Positions 37,517 through 46,978 of a stretch of 64,000 nucleotides of DNA are shown piece by piece (within the stretch, counting starts at the first letter, position 1; every line of letters begins with the position of its first letter). The stretch lies in assembly GCA_050951325.1 (NCBI GenBank), contig JBMNIW010000012.1, forward strand, positions 187,439-251,438, given 5' to 3'. The notes under the pieces are model-generated. The model ran no database searches. It worked only from the letters and a program-made list of their open reading frames with translations, and was not told the origin of the DNA. The translations under genes were made by a program, and so were the position numbers. Source of the DNA: Clostridia bacterium (GTDB lineage: Bacteria; Bacillota; Clostridia; UBA1212; DUPL01).

Positions 37517-38103
37517 TATTCATGCACCCCTGCTTTCAATAGGCACGTAACCTTGAATGTATATTCATTCTCCCTGATTTGACTCCAACCATCATAATAT
37601 ACTTCCTCAAAAAGCTGCGTGGCGCTCAAATCCTGAGTGAATGTTGATGCCGCTTTAATGTCCGTTGTTGATACATGCAATACCATATATGCGCCGCCAA
37701 CATTTGAACTGTAGGAAATGTCATGTATTACAATATCATCCTTCATGCATCCTTCTATCTTTTCAAACAGTTCCGAATTGAAAAATGGATATGAATTATA
37801 ATTGTTTCTGAATTTTATCAATGCACTTTCTTTATCATTTAGTTCACTTTGCCTATCCTTTATTTCAACTACTTCCTCATGTTTTTTTGATATCTCGGGA
37901 TTGTTCAAATACTCGTTTATCTTGTCAATCTCACTGGAAAGCTCTTGATTCTTTACATAAAGCCAATATGACATTCCTCCCATTATCATTACGATTAATA
38001 TGGGGAAAATCGCCAGAAGTACACCCGTTGGATTCTTCTCCTTCTTTACTTTTGATTTTTTTAGTGCCTTGTACAGATTAATATCTTTTGTCATATCGCC
38101 CAT
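37516..38103 (-). CDS. pilN: PilN-like type IV pilus biogenesis protein
   Basis: Single TM 'GVLLAIFPILIVMIMGGMSYWLY' + coiled coil, position after pilM. Confidence 0.5.
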   Translation of the reverse strand: MGDMTKDINLYKALKKSKVKKEKNPTGVLLAIFPILIVMIMGGMSYWLYVKNQELSSEIDKINEYLNNPEISKKHEEVVEIKDRQSELNDKESALIKFRNNYNSYPFFNSELFEKIEGCMKDDIVIHDISYSSNVGGAYMVLHVSTTDIKAASTFTQDLSATQLFEEVYYDGWSQIRENEYTFKVTCLLKAGVHE

Positions 38104-38114
38104 CCTACCCCAAC

Positions 38115-39029
38115 TTATATCAGATTCCCACTTGCGTATATGTTGTCCGAAAGAATAAAGCCCTGTGCCTTTTTATGCACAAAGACCTCGGTTTCATTGT
38201 GCGGAAAAATCTGCGCTTTTATTCCAAGCGCACTGTTTATCTGGCTGTATAGAGCTTCCTCGTCTTTATATAGGCCGCAGAAATACACATTTTCAACATT
38301 ATGACCACTGCGCTGCGTACTGGCAAACTGCAAAAAGTTTGATACATGCTGCGTAATTTCCATAAATGACAGGTTCGTTCCCCTATCGTAAATAAGCCTG
38401 TATCTGCTGGATATGGAATACTTTCCGTTTACAAACAAATAGCTTGCAAAACTGCTTCCGTCCAGTGTAATGACTATGTAAGTCTTTTCCCTCAAGCTTC
38501 TTAAGAAATGTCCAATCTTGATCATGCTGTTTATACCAAGATTTATGTTTGTTATACGTATGCCATTGCTTTCAAACAAGTCCACATAGCTTTGAAGAAG
38601 GCTTTTCTGTACACTGCAAGCATAAATATCCATCCCGTATTTCTTCTGATCCTTTTTCTTTATGTTGTCGTCTGCATGCAAAACCGCGTAATCCAGAACA
38701 TTTTCGCCTTCTTGAGGAGACAACTCCCTATTAATAATCCGCAGTATCTTTTTGTGGGAAACCAATGGAACCCTCATTACCTTTCCTACTACAGGTGCGT
38801 TATCTATAACGAGGCTGATGCCTTTGGTTGGAAACTTGTTGGTCTTCCATATGTCTCCAATCTCCTCCCTTAATGCCAGGGCATCCGTTATAACTCCATT
38901 TAACATGGAGCCATCAGGTGTGGGTGCATTAAGATATTCATATATATTGAATACACCAAACTTGGCATCACCATTCACTATATGAATTTTTTCATTTGAT
39001 ATGTGTACTGATATCATTCTACACCTCAA
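38115..39029 (-). CDS. pilM: PilM-like actin-fold type IV pilus assembly protein
   Basis: ~300 aa cytoplasmic protein between pilC and pilN; overlaps pilC by 4 bp. Confidence 0.6.
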   Translation of the reverse strand: MRCRMISVHISNEKIHIVNGDAKFGVFNIYEYLNAPTPDGSMLNGVITDALALREEIGDIWKTNKFPTKGISLVIDNAPVVGKVMRVPLVSHKKILRIINRELSPQEGENVLDYAVLHADDNIKKKDQKKYGMDIYACSVQKSLLQSYVDLFESNGIRITNINLGINSMIKIGHFLRSLREKTYIVITLDGSSFASYLFVNGKYSISSRYRLIYDRGTNLSFMEITQHVSNFLQFASTQRSGHNVENVYFCGLYKDEEALYSQINSALGIKAQIFPHNETEVFVHKKAQGFILSDNIYASGNLI

Positions 39030-40207
39030 TACCTGTATCTGTATAAGTTCACCATGGGGAGCATTACTGCCATAACTACAAATCCTATGACAACTGCCAG
39101 GAAAATTACCAATGCAGGAGCCAGATATGTAGTTATTCTCTGCATGGCTGCCTCCGCTTCGTATTCCATCGAGTTTGCCGTTGCTTCAAGCATCTTGTCC
39201 AGTCGACCGGTTTCCTCTCCAACTGATATTGTTGATGATAGTTTAATGTCGAATCCGTCTACCATGCCTATCGAAGTTGACAAGGAGTCACCACTTTTCA
39301 CTCTTTCAATGACACGGTCAAACTGATCCGCTATAAATCTGTTTGTTATGGTATTTTTAGCAATCGACAAACATTTTATCATAGGTATTCCACTGGAGTA
39401 AAGGGAGTTCAATGTTCTTGCAAATCTGGCAGTATGAATTATCCTTAGGAGTTTGCCTATTCTGGGTATTTTGAATTTTGCTTTGTCAAACAAAACCTGG
39501 AATTCCCGAAATCTCCATGCAATTGCAAACACAAAAATTATTGACATAAATATGATAAAAACAGCCAGAAGGTTTCTTCTGAGCAGATTGCTTAATCCCA
39601 ATATTATTTTAGTTGGCAGCGGCAATTCCATACCAGTAAATATATCGGAGAACCTGGGCATGATAAATACGAAAATAATGAAGACACTTACAATTGTAAG
39701 TCCAAGCAAAATTATTGGATATACCGTACTTCCCAATATCTTCAGGCGAAGCTCTTCATCTTTTTCATAGTGGTCTGCAAGATTCATAGCGGTTTTATCA
39801 AGGGTGCCGCTTACTTCAGATGCTCTTATCATATTGACCATAAGTTCAGGGAATGACCCCTGTTCTTCCATTGCATCGGATAGAGACATTCCCTGCCTTA
39901 TCTTCATGTTTATTTCGTTGTATATTTCTCTAATATGTTTCTTAACGTCCCTCTGACTTATTATCTGCAAAGAGCGTGCAAGGTCTACTCCCGCACCCAG
40001 GAGACTTCCCAAATTGCGGCAGAAATCCGAAATCTCCATTGCCGTAAGCTTGTATTTCTTCTTTCTTTCCACATGTTCTTTACATGTCAAAAGAAACAAG
40101 CCCTCTGCCTTGAGCAGCTCGTGCAACTTTTCCTCATCTGAAGCTTCTCTCATCCCATATTCTTTTTTGCCTTGTATATTGGTTGCAGTATATTTGTATA
40201 TAGGCAT
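39026..40207 (-). CDS. pilC: Type IV pilus platform protein PilC (GspF family)
   Basis: ~390 aa, duplicated T2SSF domains with 3 TM segments. Confidence 0.85.
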   Translation of the reverse strand: MPIYKYTATNIQGKKEYGMREASDEEKLHELLKAEGLFLLTCKEHVERKKKYKLTAMEISDFCRNLGSLLGAGVDLARSLQIISQRDVKKHIREIYNEINMKIRQGMSLSDAMEEQGSFPELMVNMIRASEVSGTLDKTAMNLADHYEKDEELRLKILGSTVYPIILLGLTIVSVFIIFVFIMPRFSDIFTGMELPLPTKIILGLSNLLRRNLLAVFIIFMSIIFVFAIAWRFREFQVLFDKAKFKIPRIGKLLRIIHTARFARTLNSLYSSGIPMIKCLSIAKNTITNRFIADQFDRVIERVKSGDSLSTSIGMVDGFDIKLSSTISVGEETGRLDKMLEATANSMEYEAEAAMQRITTYLAPALVIFLAVVIGFVVMAVMLPMVNLYRYRY

Positions 40208-40282
40208 ATTATCGTCTCATAACTATTAGCTCTTCCATATCGTCCAATTCAATTCTACCATGATACATACTTTTAGAAAAGA

Positions 40283-40302
40283 GGACGGCATTTACGCCGC
40301 CC
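40283..40302 (-). terminator. Intra-operon attenuator hairpin after pilin gene (GGGCGGC-gtaaat-GCCGTCC then TCTTTTCT on minus strand)
   Basis: Read directly; partial terminators after major pilin genes are common. Confidence 0.4.
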
Positions 40303-40322
40303 TGTCAATACCTGAAGATTAA

Positions 40323-40730
40323 CTAGCTTGCCTGCGGTTGTGTTTCTGGTTCTTCAGTTGAAGTTGGTTCTGAAATTGTTACTCCTTTATATTCAACTTT
40401 AGTAACCTTGCCATTTGACACAACTAATTTCGTTATATCCTCAACTTTAACATCGGCCAGTTCAGCAACATCTTTAACAAACTCATTGTAATCATCATCT
40501 GGATCATCTGAATTTATATTAAAATCTTCATCTTTTGCATATTTCTCAGATGCCAGTGTCTGAGCAGCTAGATATACCGCTCTGGCTTCTGCAGCACTAG
40601 TTTTTTTATTTGCTTTGTCAATCCACCCGATCATCGTTGGCACCAATACTGCTGCCAAAATTGCCAATATTACCAATACAACGATAACCTCAACTAGAGT
40701 CATACCTTTTTTGTTGAATAATTTCTTCAT
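40323..40730 (-). CDS. pilA: Type IV pilin (prepilin with class III signal 'KKGMTLVEVIVVLVILAILAA')
   Basis: G^MTLVE cleavage/methylation motif then hydrophobic helix. Confidence 0.85.
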   Translation of the reverse strand: MKKLFNKKGMTLVEVIVVLVILAILAAVLVPTMIGWIDKANKKTSAAEARAVYLAAQTLASEKYAKDEDFNINSDDPDDDYNEFVKDVAELADVKVEDITKLVVSNGKVTKVEYKGVTISEPTSTEEPETQPQAS

Positions 40731-40905
40731 AAGTTGACACCTCTTCTATATATTCTCTATTATTTTTTTACTACAATACGCCTTTTATACAAGGTTTAGC
40801 ACGTAGATGCTACCCGTCTTCCGTCATAAGGTACTAGTATAATCCGTAATTCCAAAATAGATATGCATTGTTATTAACTTATAAACCTTGGAAAACCTAC
40901 ATTTT

Positions 40906-40933
40906 ATTTGTGTTTACACCAGAAAAATCTGGT
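40906..40933 (+). terminator. Hairpin ACACCAGA-aaaat-TCTGGTGT + T7, ~75 bp upstream of IS1634 transposase (inside IS left arm)
   Basis: Read directly. Confidence 0.45.
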
Positions 40934-41009
40934 GTTTTTTTCTTGCAAAAAAATTTTATGCATGATATAATAATAGTACTTCATAGTACCCTGAAAACGG
41001 AGGATTAAC

Positions 41010-42767
41010 ATGGCATACTTTTTACGTAAAGATAAAAGAAAAAATGGTTTATATCTTCAAATGTACGAAAATTATTGGGATAAGAATTTGAAACAGGCAA
41101 GAACAAGACATATTTGTTCCTTCGGATATGTTGAGGATCTTGTTTCCGACGATATTCCTGATCCTATTGCATATTACACCGAGGTCGTTAGGCAGAAGGA
41201 AATTGAGCGTAAAAAAATGCTAAATGAGGATATGCGTCCAAGAGCATTTGGGGATTGTGTTGAAAAAAATGTTGGATATTTCCTGTTCCATTCCTTGATT
41301 GAGGAACTTGAGGTCAAGGAAGTAATAGATATTCTCGCCTCTGTCTGTAAGTTTCGTTTTAGTGTTTACGACCTGCTTACCCAACTTATCTATTCCAGGA
41401 TCATATGTCCTTGCTCGAAATCCAAGACTGTTTCGGATGTTTTCCCACTCTTGTATCGGTATTCTCCGATATCTGAAGACCAGGTTTATGACGGACTTTT
41501 CTTTATTGGCGGATCCTATAAGAAGTATATAGAGTTATTTAACAAACAATACGAGAAGTTCTACAAAAGAAACTACAATAGAGCTTATTTTGATTGTACG
41601 AATTATTACTTCGAGATAGACTTTCCGAAGGATGACAAGCAGAAAGGTCCTTCAAAAGAAAATAGCAAAAACCCCATCATTGGGCAGGCTATGCTTCTTG
41701 ATTCGGACCTTGTTCCGATTAGTATGCAAATGTATCCGGGAAACGAGTCCGAGAAGCCATATATAAGGAAAATAATCGAAGAGATGAAGCAGAAATACAA
41801 TGTGACCGGTAAGACTGTTCAAATTGCAGACAAGGGGCTTAACTGTGCCCGTAACATATATGCTGCCGTTGTAGAGGCTAATGACGGATACATCTTTTCA
41901 AAAGCCATTAAAGGCAGAAAACTAAGCAAGAAAGAGAAAAGTTGGATCCTGCTAGAGAATCAAGACAATGTATTTACCGATTATACAGATGCTAAGGGAA
42001 ACTTGTTATACCGCCTGAAGAGCTGCGTTGATACTTTTGAATATTCCTTCGAAGAAACTGATCCTGATACCGGCGAGAACAGGAAAATCACTTTCTCGGT
42101 AAAAGAAAAGCGCGTAGTTTCATACAATCCATGCCTTGCAAGGAAGCAGCAGGCTGAGATAAAAAAGATGGTAGACAAAACTCTCAACTACGTTACCCAT
42201 AAACAGTTGGTAAAAGAAGAGATAGGAGATGCTTCAAAATATTTGAAAGTCACCAACAAAGACAAACACGGCAGGAAAATTGAGCCTATAATTGAAATAG
42301 ACACAGCCAAAGTTGAAGAGGACATGAAATTAGCCGGGTACAATCTTATTGTCACATCCGAAATCGACATGACGCCGAATCAGATATACGAGGCATATCA
42401 CGGACTATGGAAGATTGAAGAGAGCTTCCGAATCTCTAAATCCTATCTTGACGCAAGACCTGCTTATGTACAAAAGCAAGAAACAATTTACGGGCATTTT
42501 CTTATATGTTACCTTAGTTTGTTTCTTTTACGTATATTGGAAATTAAGTGTTTCAAAGACAAAGTTAATGCCTATGACATCATAACATTCATACGTGACT
42601 TCAGAGTCGTGAAGAAGGATGACAACACGTACATAAACCTTTCCCGCAATCGAAGTGCTAATGAAAAGATTAAGTCTGTTACTGGGATCAATGTATTGGA
42701 TGCTCTGTACTTAACAGAACGAGAACTTGACAATTTATTTGATTCTACTATCCTAATCGACTACTAA
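41010..42767 (+). CDS. IS1634-family (IS4 superfamily) DDE transposase, intact 585 aa
   Basis: 'MAYFLRKDKRKNG...YFDCTNYYFEID...QMYPGNESEKPYIRK...QIADKGLNCARNI' family hallmarks. Confidence 0.85.
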   Translation: MAYFLRKDKRKNGLYLQMYENYWDKNLKQARTRHICSFGYVEDLVSDDIPDPIAYYTEVVRQKEIERKKMLNEDMRPRAFGDCVEKNVGYFLFHSLIEELEVKEVIDILASVCKFRFSVYDLLTQLIYSRIICPCSKSKTVSDVFPLLYRYSPISEDQVYDGLFFIGGSYKKYIELFNKQYEKFYKRNYNRAYFDCTNYYFEIDFPKDDKQKGPSKENSKNPIIGQAMLLDSDLVPISMQMYPGNESEKPYIRKIIEEMKQKYNVTGKTVQIADKGLNCARNIYAAVVEANDGYIFSKAIKGRKLSKKEKSWILLENQDNVFTDYTDAKGNLLYRLKSCVDTFEYSFEETDPDTGENRKITFSVKEKRVVSYNPCLARKQQAEIKKMVDKTLNYVTHKQLVKEEIGDASKYLKVTNKDKHGRKIEPIIEIDTAKVEEDMKLAGYNLIVTSEIDMTPNQIYEAYHGLWKIEESFRISKSYLDARPAYVQKQETIYGHFLICYLSLFLLRILEIKCFKDKVNAYDIITFIRDFRVVKKDDNTYINLSRNRSANEKIKSVTGINVLDALYLTERELDNLFDSTILIDY

Positions 42768-43017
42768 GGTACTATGTTTTGAGTTGAACGACGGAAGTCA
42801 GGTGCTAAGTATAAAAATAATAACGTATTTTTCCAGTGATGTCAATACTTCTTTTATAATCTTAGCAAAAAAATTTAACTAATTTTTCACAAAAAATATA
42901 TTGTTTTTACGTTTTAATTGTTTTGTTGTTCACTTATACACAAGCAATATTAGTAAAACTGGCAAAAAAAATATATACATACCATAAAAACTATCATACC
43001 CACCATCCCGTAAACTG

Positions 43018-43052
43018 AGTCCGAGTTTATCTTTAACTTGGACTCGCTTGCT
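43018..43052. repeat. 11-bp-stem hairpin GAGTCCGAGTT-tatcttt-AACTTGGACTC (one G.U) upstream of ISLre2 tnp; homologous to hairpin 44871-44914
   Basis: Read directly. Confidence 0.5.
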
Positions 43053-43184
43053 TTCTATAACAGGATGTCTGTTTAGGCTATCTTTAGTTAGCGTAAAGAT
43101 TCTCTAGGTTTGTGACAAAAAAAGTAAAGCCCCTCAATATGTTATAATATATTTGTGAAAATAAAACAAGGAGTGAGCTTTACT

Positions 43185-44522
43185 ATGTATAGTATAACAC
43201 AAGCAGCAGAAAAATTACTAGAGGAAATTTTTAAAACTAATATTACCGAGGGATTAACGAGCTCTATTTATCATTTATATGCTTCATTCGATGAGTTTGT
43301 ACGAACATTTTTGTCATCTAAATTGAATGAGTTGGATCAAGATATATTTAATAATCCTGATTGTCGAGAAGGCTGGAAAGTCGTCCATAAGGATGTCCCA
43401 CGAACTATTCAGTGTAGGTTTGGACCATTATCATATAAAAGAAGGTACTATAGACATAAAGAAACAGGGGTAACACTGCACTTAGCGGATGTATTAGCTA
43501 AAATTGATAAAGGAGACAGAATAGAGAGAGGACTCGCGTTAACCCTTACAGAGTTAGCGACAGATAATTCATATGAAAAAAGCTCGAAAATAGCCTGTAA
43601 CAATCATGTTTCACGGCAAAGTGTAATGAAAAAGACTAGAGCAGCGAAGAATTATGAGCTTGAGAAAGAACCTGAAAGAAGAGAAGTAAAAGAGATACAT
43701 ATTCAAGTTGATGAAGATCATGTTGCGATGCAAAACGGAAAGAGTTCAATTGTAAAACTGGCTGTTGTCCATGAGCCTAGAAAGCAAATTAAAAGCAAAG
43801 CCATTTTACCTAATAAGATGCATTTTGCTAGCCATAAAGATAAACCAGAAGATTTTTGGTGCAAAGTGTCAGAGGGCATTATTGAGCGATATGGCAACCG
43901 CGATGACTTGAAGGTATACATTCATGGCGATGGTGCATCCTGGATAAAAACAGGACTAGAATGGATTCCTAATAGTGTCTTTATACTTGATCGGTTCCAT
44001 GTACATAAATACATAAATAAACTTAACGACTTCAAATATATCAATCAAACATGGCAATATTTGCGTCGCGAAAACTACAATGATTTAAAAGTGTTTTTAT
44101 ACACGCTAGTTGCTAATGATGAGATAGATGAAAAGACAGGAAGCGAAATATATAGCTATTTAAGGAATAATAGAGAAGGGATTAAGAATTTATTGACTCT
44201 GCCACCTAATACTGTTAAATCATGTGCAGAAGGGTTAGTAAGCCATGTTTTGTCTGATAGGTTAAGTAGAAAACCGCTCGCATGGAGCGCAGAAGGATTA
44301 GAAACAATTACTCAGCTAAGGATGTATTTGCTTAACGGAGGAGCGCTCGAAGAAAAGCATTTTGTGCAGACAAACCCATCGGTAGAAAAGCATAAATCAA
44401 AGGTAATTGAGATGCGTAAGCGTCTAGCTCCGCCTACTTATTATATGAATTTTGATATAAATAAATATATACCGCGAAAAAAAGACAATAAGTTCCTTAA
44501 ATCGCTTGCACATATTTCTTAG
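43185..44522 (+). CDS. ISLre2-family (UPF0236) transposase; likely start ATG 43185 (MYSITQAAEKL) with AAGGAG RBS rather than GTG 43155
   Basis: 'YIHGDGASWIKTG...ILDRFHVHKYINKL' conserved DDE-region motifs of ISLre2/ISL3-like transposases. Confidence 0.65.
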   Translation: MYSITQAAEKLLEEIFKTNITEGLTSSIYHLYASFDEFVRTFLSSKLNELDQDIFNNPDCREGWKVVHKDVPRTIQCRFGPLSYKRRYYRHKETGVTLHLADVLAKIDKGDRIERGLALTLTELATDNSYEKSSKIACNNHVSRQSVMKKTRAAKNYELEKEPERREVKEIHIQVDEDHVAMQNGKSSIVKLAVVHEPRKQIKSKAILPNKMHFASHKDKPEDFWCKVSEGIIERYGNRDDLKVYIHGDGASWIKTGLEWIPNSVFILDRFHVHKYINKLNDFKYINQTWQYLRRENYNDLKVFLYTLVANDEIDEKTGSEIYSYLRNNREGIKNLLTLPPNTVKSCAEGLVSHVLSDRLSRKPLAWSAEGLETITQLRMYLLNGGALEEKHFVQTNPSVEKHKSKVIEMRKRLAPPTYYMNFDINKYIPRKKDNKFLKSLAHIS

Positions 44523-44870
44523 TTGTCTTTAATGGAAATTTAAAACGTCCGAGTAAAGGCGAAAATGCTTATATTCAACGTCTGATTGCATTAAATAGAT
44601 ATCAAAATTTTGTTTGTCTTTATAGCCACTTCTATATGTGGTTATTTTGGGCTACCAAAATAACAATTGGCTTTTTACAGCTCAGTACTTAAACTCGCTA
44701 AATTCCCTCTTTGTATCAATTTTTAGCAGATGCTCCGAGATTGAATCTCTTAGGCATAGGATGAGGGCGGGGTCTGATGTGCTAAAATGTTAATTAAAGG
44801 GCTCTTGTGGTTTTATCCTTGTATCAATCTTCCCTTCAGCCCGTCGATGCTCTCGTTTAGCATATCAGAA

Positions 44871-44914
44871 GAGCCAAGTCAAGAGAAGAAACGAAGTGGC
44901 TCTTGACTTGGCTC
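44871..44914. repeat. 15-bp perfect-stem hairpin GAGCCAAGTCAAGAG-(14 nt)-CTCTTGACTTGGCTC downstream of ISLre2 tnp
   Basis: Read directly; shares GAG(T)CCAAGT core with 43018-43052. Confidence 0.55.
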
Positions 44915-45164
44915 TACCAACCGGACTTGAAGTAATGCAATGAATATGCTCTTGCAGGTTAATTTACATCGTGATATACTGTAAGCATCACAAAGTATTA
45001 AGCATATTTAAAGGGTCAAAAAAGCAGCTAATACTATATCCTTTAAACCTAGAAGAAAATGACGCGGTCGTATTTACAAAAACGGTTGCTTGCATTAATA
45101 TATATTAAACTGTGCTAATTCAAATATACATAAGATGTTTCACCATTTATCAGGAGGAAATTAA

Positions 45165-46289
45165 ATGACGATAGTACTTGTTATTGATGTTTTTGACCAA
45201 AAGAAAAATGGTACAACCATGTCGGCAAGGAGATTTACCGAGCTGTTAAGAGAAAGAGGACACGAAGTAAGAGTAATATCGACGGGACAACCAGAAAAGG
45301 ACAAATTCGTTGTTAAAACAGTAAGACCACCAATAATCAACACATTGTGTGAAAAACAAAGTTTTCAGTTTGCAAAAGCAGATAAAAAAGTTATTAGAGA
45401 AGCACTTAAAGGTGCGGATGTTGTTCACTTGTACATGGCTTTTCCATTGGAAATTAAAGCTTTAAGAGAAGCAAGGAAGATGGGAATACCCTGCACAGGA
45501 GCATTTCATATTCAGCCAGAGAATATAACGTACAATATTAATATGAAGAGAGCAGAGTGGCTGGCTTGGATTATTTATCGCCTGTTCAGACGATTCTACA
45601 ATAAACTCGATCATGTGCACTGCCCATCGGAATTTATTGCAAGCCAGTTGAAAAAGCACAAATACAAGGCAAAGCTGCACGTAATATCCAATGGAATAAC
45701 AAAGGAGTTTGTGCCTGACAAGGAAGTCATGGAACAAAACAAAATCAAGAACAGAATTGACGTATTAATGATAGGAAGACTGTCACCCGAGAAAAGACAG
45801 GACCTGGCTATTGAGGCAGTAAAATTATCAAAATATTCTTCAAGAATTCATTTGCATTTTGCTGGTTTTGGTCCCATGGAAAAGGAGTATAAAAAGATGG
45901 CCTCCACTTTACATAATCCTGCCACCTTCAATTTCTACGACCAGAAGGATCTTATCAACCTCATTCATAGCTGCGATTTGTATGTTCATACCTCTGAAAT
46001 CGAGATAGAAGCCATTGCATGCATCGAAGCGATAAGCTGCGGACTTGTGCCTGTAATTGCAAATTCCAAAAAATCAGCAGCAAAGCAGTTTGCACTGGAC
46101 GAAAGAAGCTTGTTTGAGTCAGGCAATGCACAGGACCTGGCCGATAAAATAGATTATTGGATAGAAAATCCTGATGAAAAGAAAAGAATGTCGGAAAAAT
46201 ATGTACTTTATTCGAGAAATTATGATATAAATAAGAGTATAGACAAAGCTGAAGCAATGTTTATGGAGGCAATAAGAGATGCACGTTAA
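45165..46289 (+). CDS. GT4-family glycosyltransferase (diacylglycerol glycosyltransferase-like, glycolipid synthase type)
   Basis: C-terminal 'EIEAIACIEAISCGLVPVI' E-x7-E motif of retaining GT4 enzymes; RBS AGGAGG. Confidence 0.65.
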   Translation: MTIVLVIDVFDQKKNGTTMSARRFTELLRERGHEVRVISTGQPEKDKFVVKTVRPPIINTLCEKQSFQFAKADKKVIREALKGADVVHLYMAFPLEIKALREARKMGIPCTGAFHIQPENITYNINMKRAEWLAWIIYRLFRRFYNKLDHVHCPSEFIASQLKKHKYKAKLHVISNGITKEFVPDKEVMEQNKIKNRIDVLMIGRLSPEKRQDLAIEAVKLSKYSSRIHLHFAGFGPMEKEYKKMASTLHNPATFNFYDQKDLINLIHSCDLYVHTSEIEIEAIACIEAISCGLVPVIANSKKSAAKQFALDERSLFESGNAQDLADKIDYWIENPDEKKRMSEKYVLYSRNYDINKSIDKAEAMFMEAIRDAR

Positions 46290-46953
46290 GAAATGTATAC
46301 ACTTCATCCTTTACTATTTCATAGTCTTGCCATTACTCTATATCGTAAACTACATAGTTTTCGATCTTGAGGTGGAAGGAAGGGAAAATCTTAAGGGTAT
46401 AAAAGGCGGGGTAGTTATTTGCAACCACATACATACTCTTGACTGTACGATGATAGGAATTGCTGCCTTTCCAAGAAGAGCAACACTGGTATCTCAAAAA
46501 GAAAACTTTGAAATACCTGTTGCAGGCTGGTTTGTAAAGCACTTAGGAAGTCTGTCTACAGGAAAGGGATACAGGGAAAAGAAGAGCTTTTACAAAAAAG
46601 CGATCAACACTTTGAAAAACGAAAAACTTGTTTGTATTTATCCTGAAGGAGAGCTTGAACCTTACTGCAAGTACATACGCGAATTCAAGAAAGGTGCCTT
46701 TTTGATAGCAGCAAAAACAAACAGCCCGATTATACCGATGCGCATCATGATGAGGCCTTGCACAGGATTAAGAAGGATATACAGGAGAAAACCTTTGTTT
46801 AGCATACACATAGAAAAGCCTATCTATCCCAAAGGAAACACTATGTATGAAAAATCACAATATCTGTATATTGAATCCTTAAAAGCCATGGACAAAATTG
46901 TTGAACAAAGCTATACCGCTGACAATCTCATAAGAGAAGAAAGACCCGTATGA
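46279..46953 (+). CDS. Lysophospholipid/1-acylglycerol-3-phosphate acyltransferase (PlsC family)
   Basis: 'ICNHIHTLD' (HX4D) and 'IYPEGE' motifs. Confidence 0.7.
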   Translation: MHVKKCIHFILYYFIVLPLLYIVNYIVFDLEVEGRENLKGIKGGVVICNHIHTLDCTMIGIAAFPRRATLVSQKENFEIPVAGWFVKHLGSLSTGKGYREKKSFYKKAINTLKNEKLVCIYPEGELEPYCKYIREFKKGAFLIAAKTNSPIIPMRIMMRPCTGLRRIYRRKPLFSIHIEKPIYPKGNTMYEKSQYLYIESLKAMDKIVEQSYTADNLIREERPV

Positions 46954-46978
46954 TTAAAAACTATGGAGGGAACATGCA

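Larger units (their letters stand above)
40880..42800 (+). mobile_element. IS1634-family insertion sequence (ends approximate, IRs not resolved)
   Basis: Transposase plus upstream terminator hairpin shared with second copy. Confidence 0.4.

Noticed and set aside
40731-40900. c-di-GMP riboswitch upstream of pilA, as in some clostridial pilin genes
   Set aside because: The leader shows no recognisable GEMM-I or GEMM-II conserved stretches. The region is also partly IS-derived.
40985-42790. Terminal inverted repeats of IS1634 at 'catagtacc' / 'ggtactatg'
   Set aside because: The 9-bp match is not in mirror-symmetric positions relative to the putative ends, so it is likely coincidental. The IRs are left unresolved.
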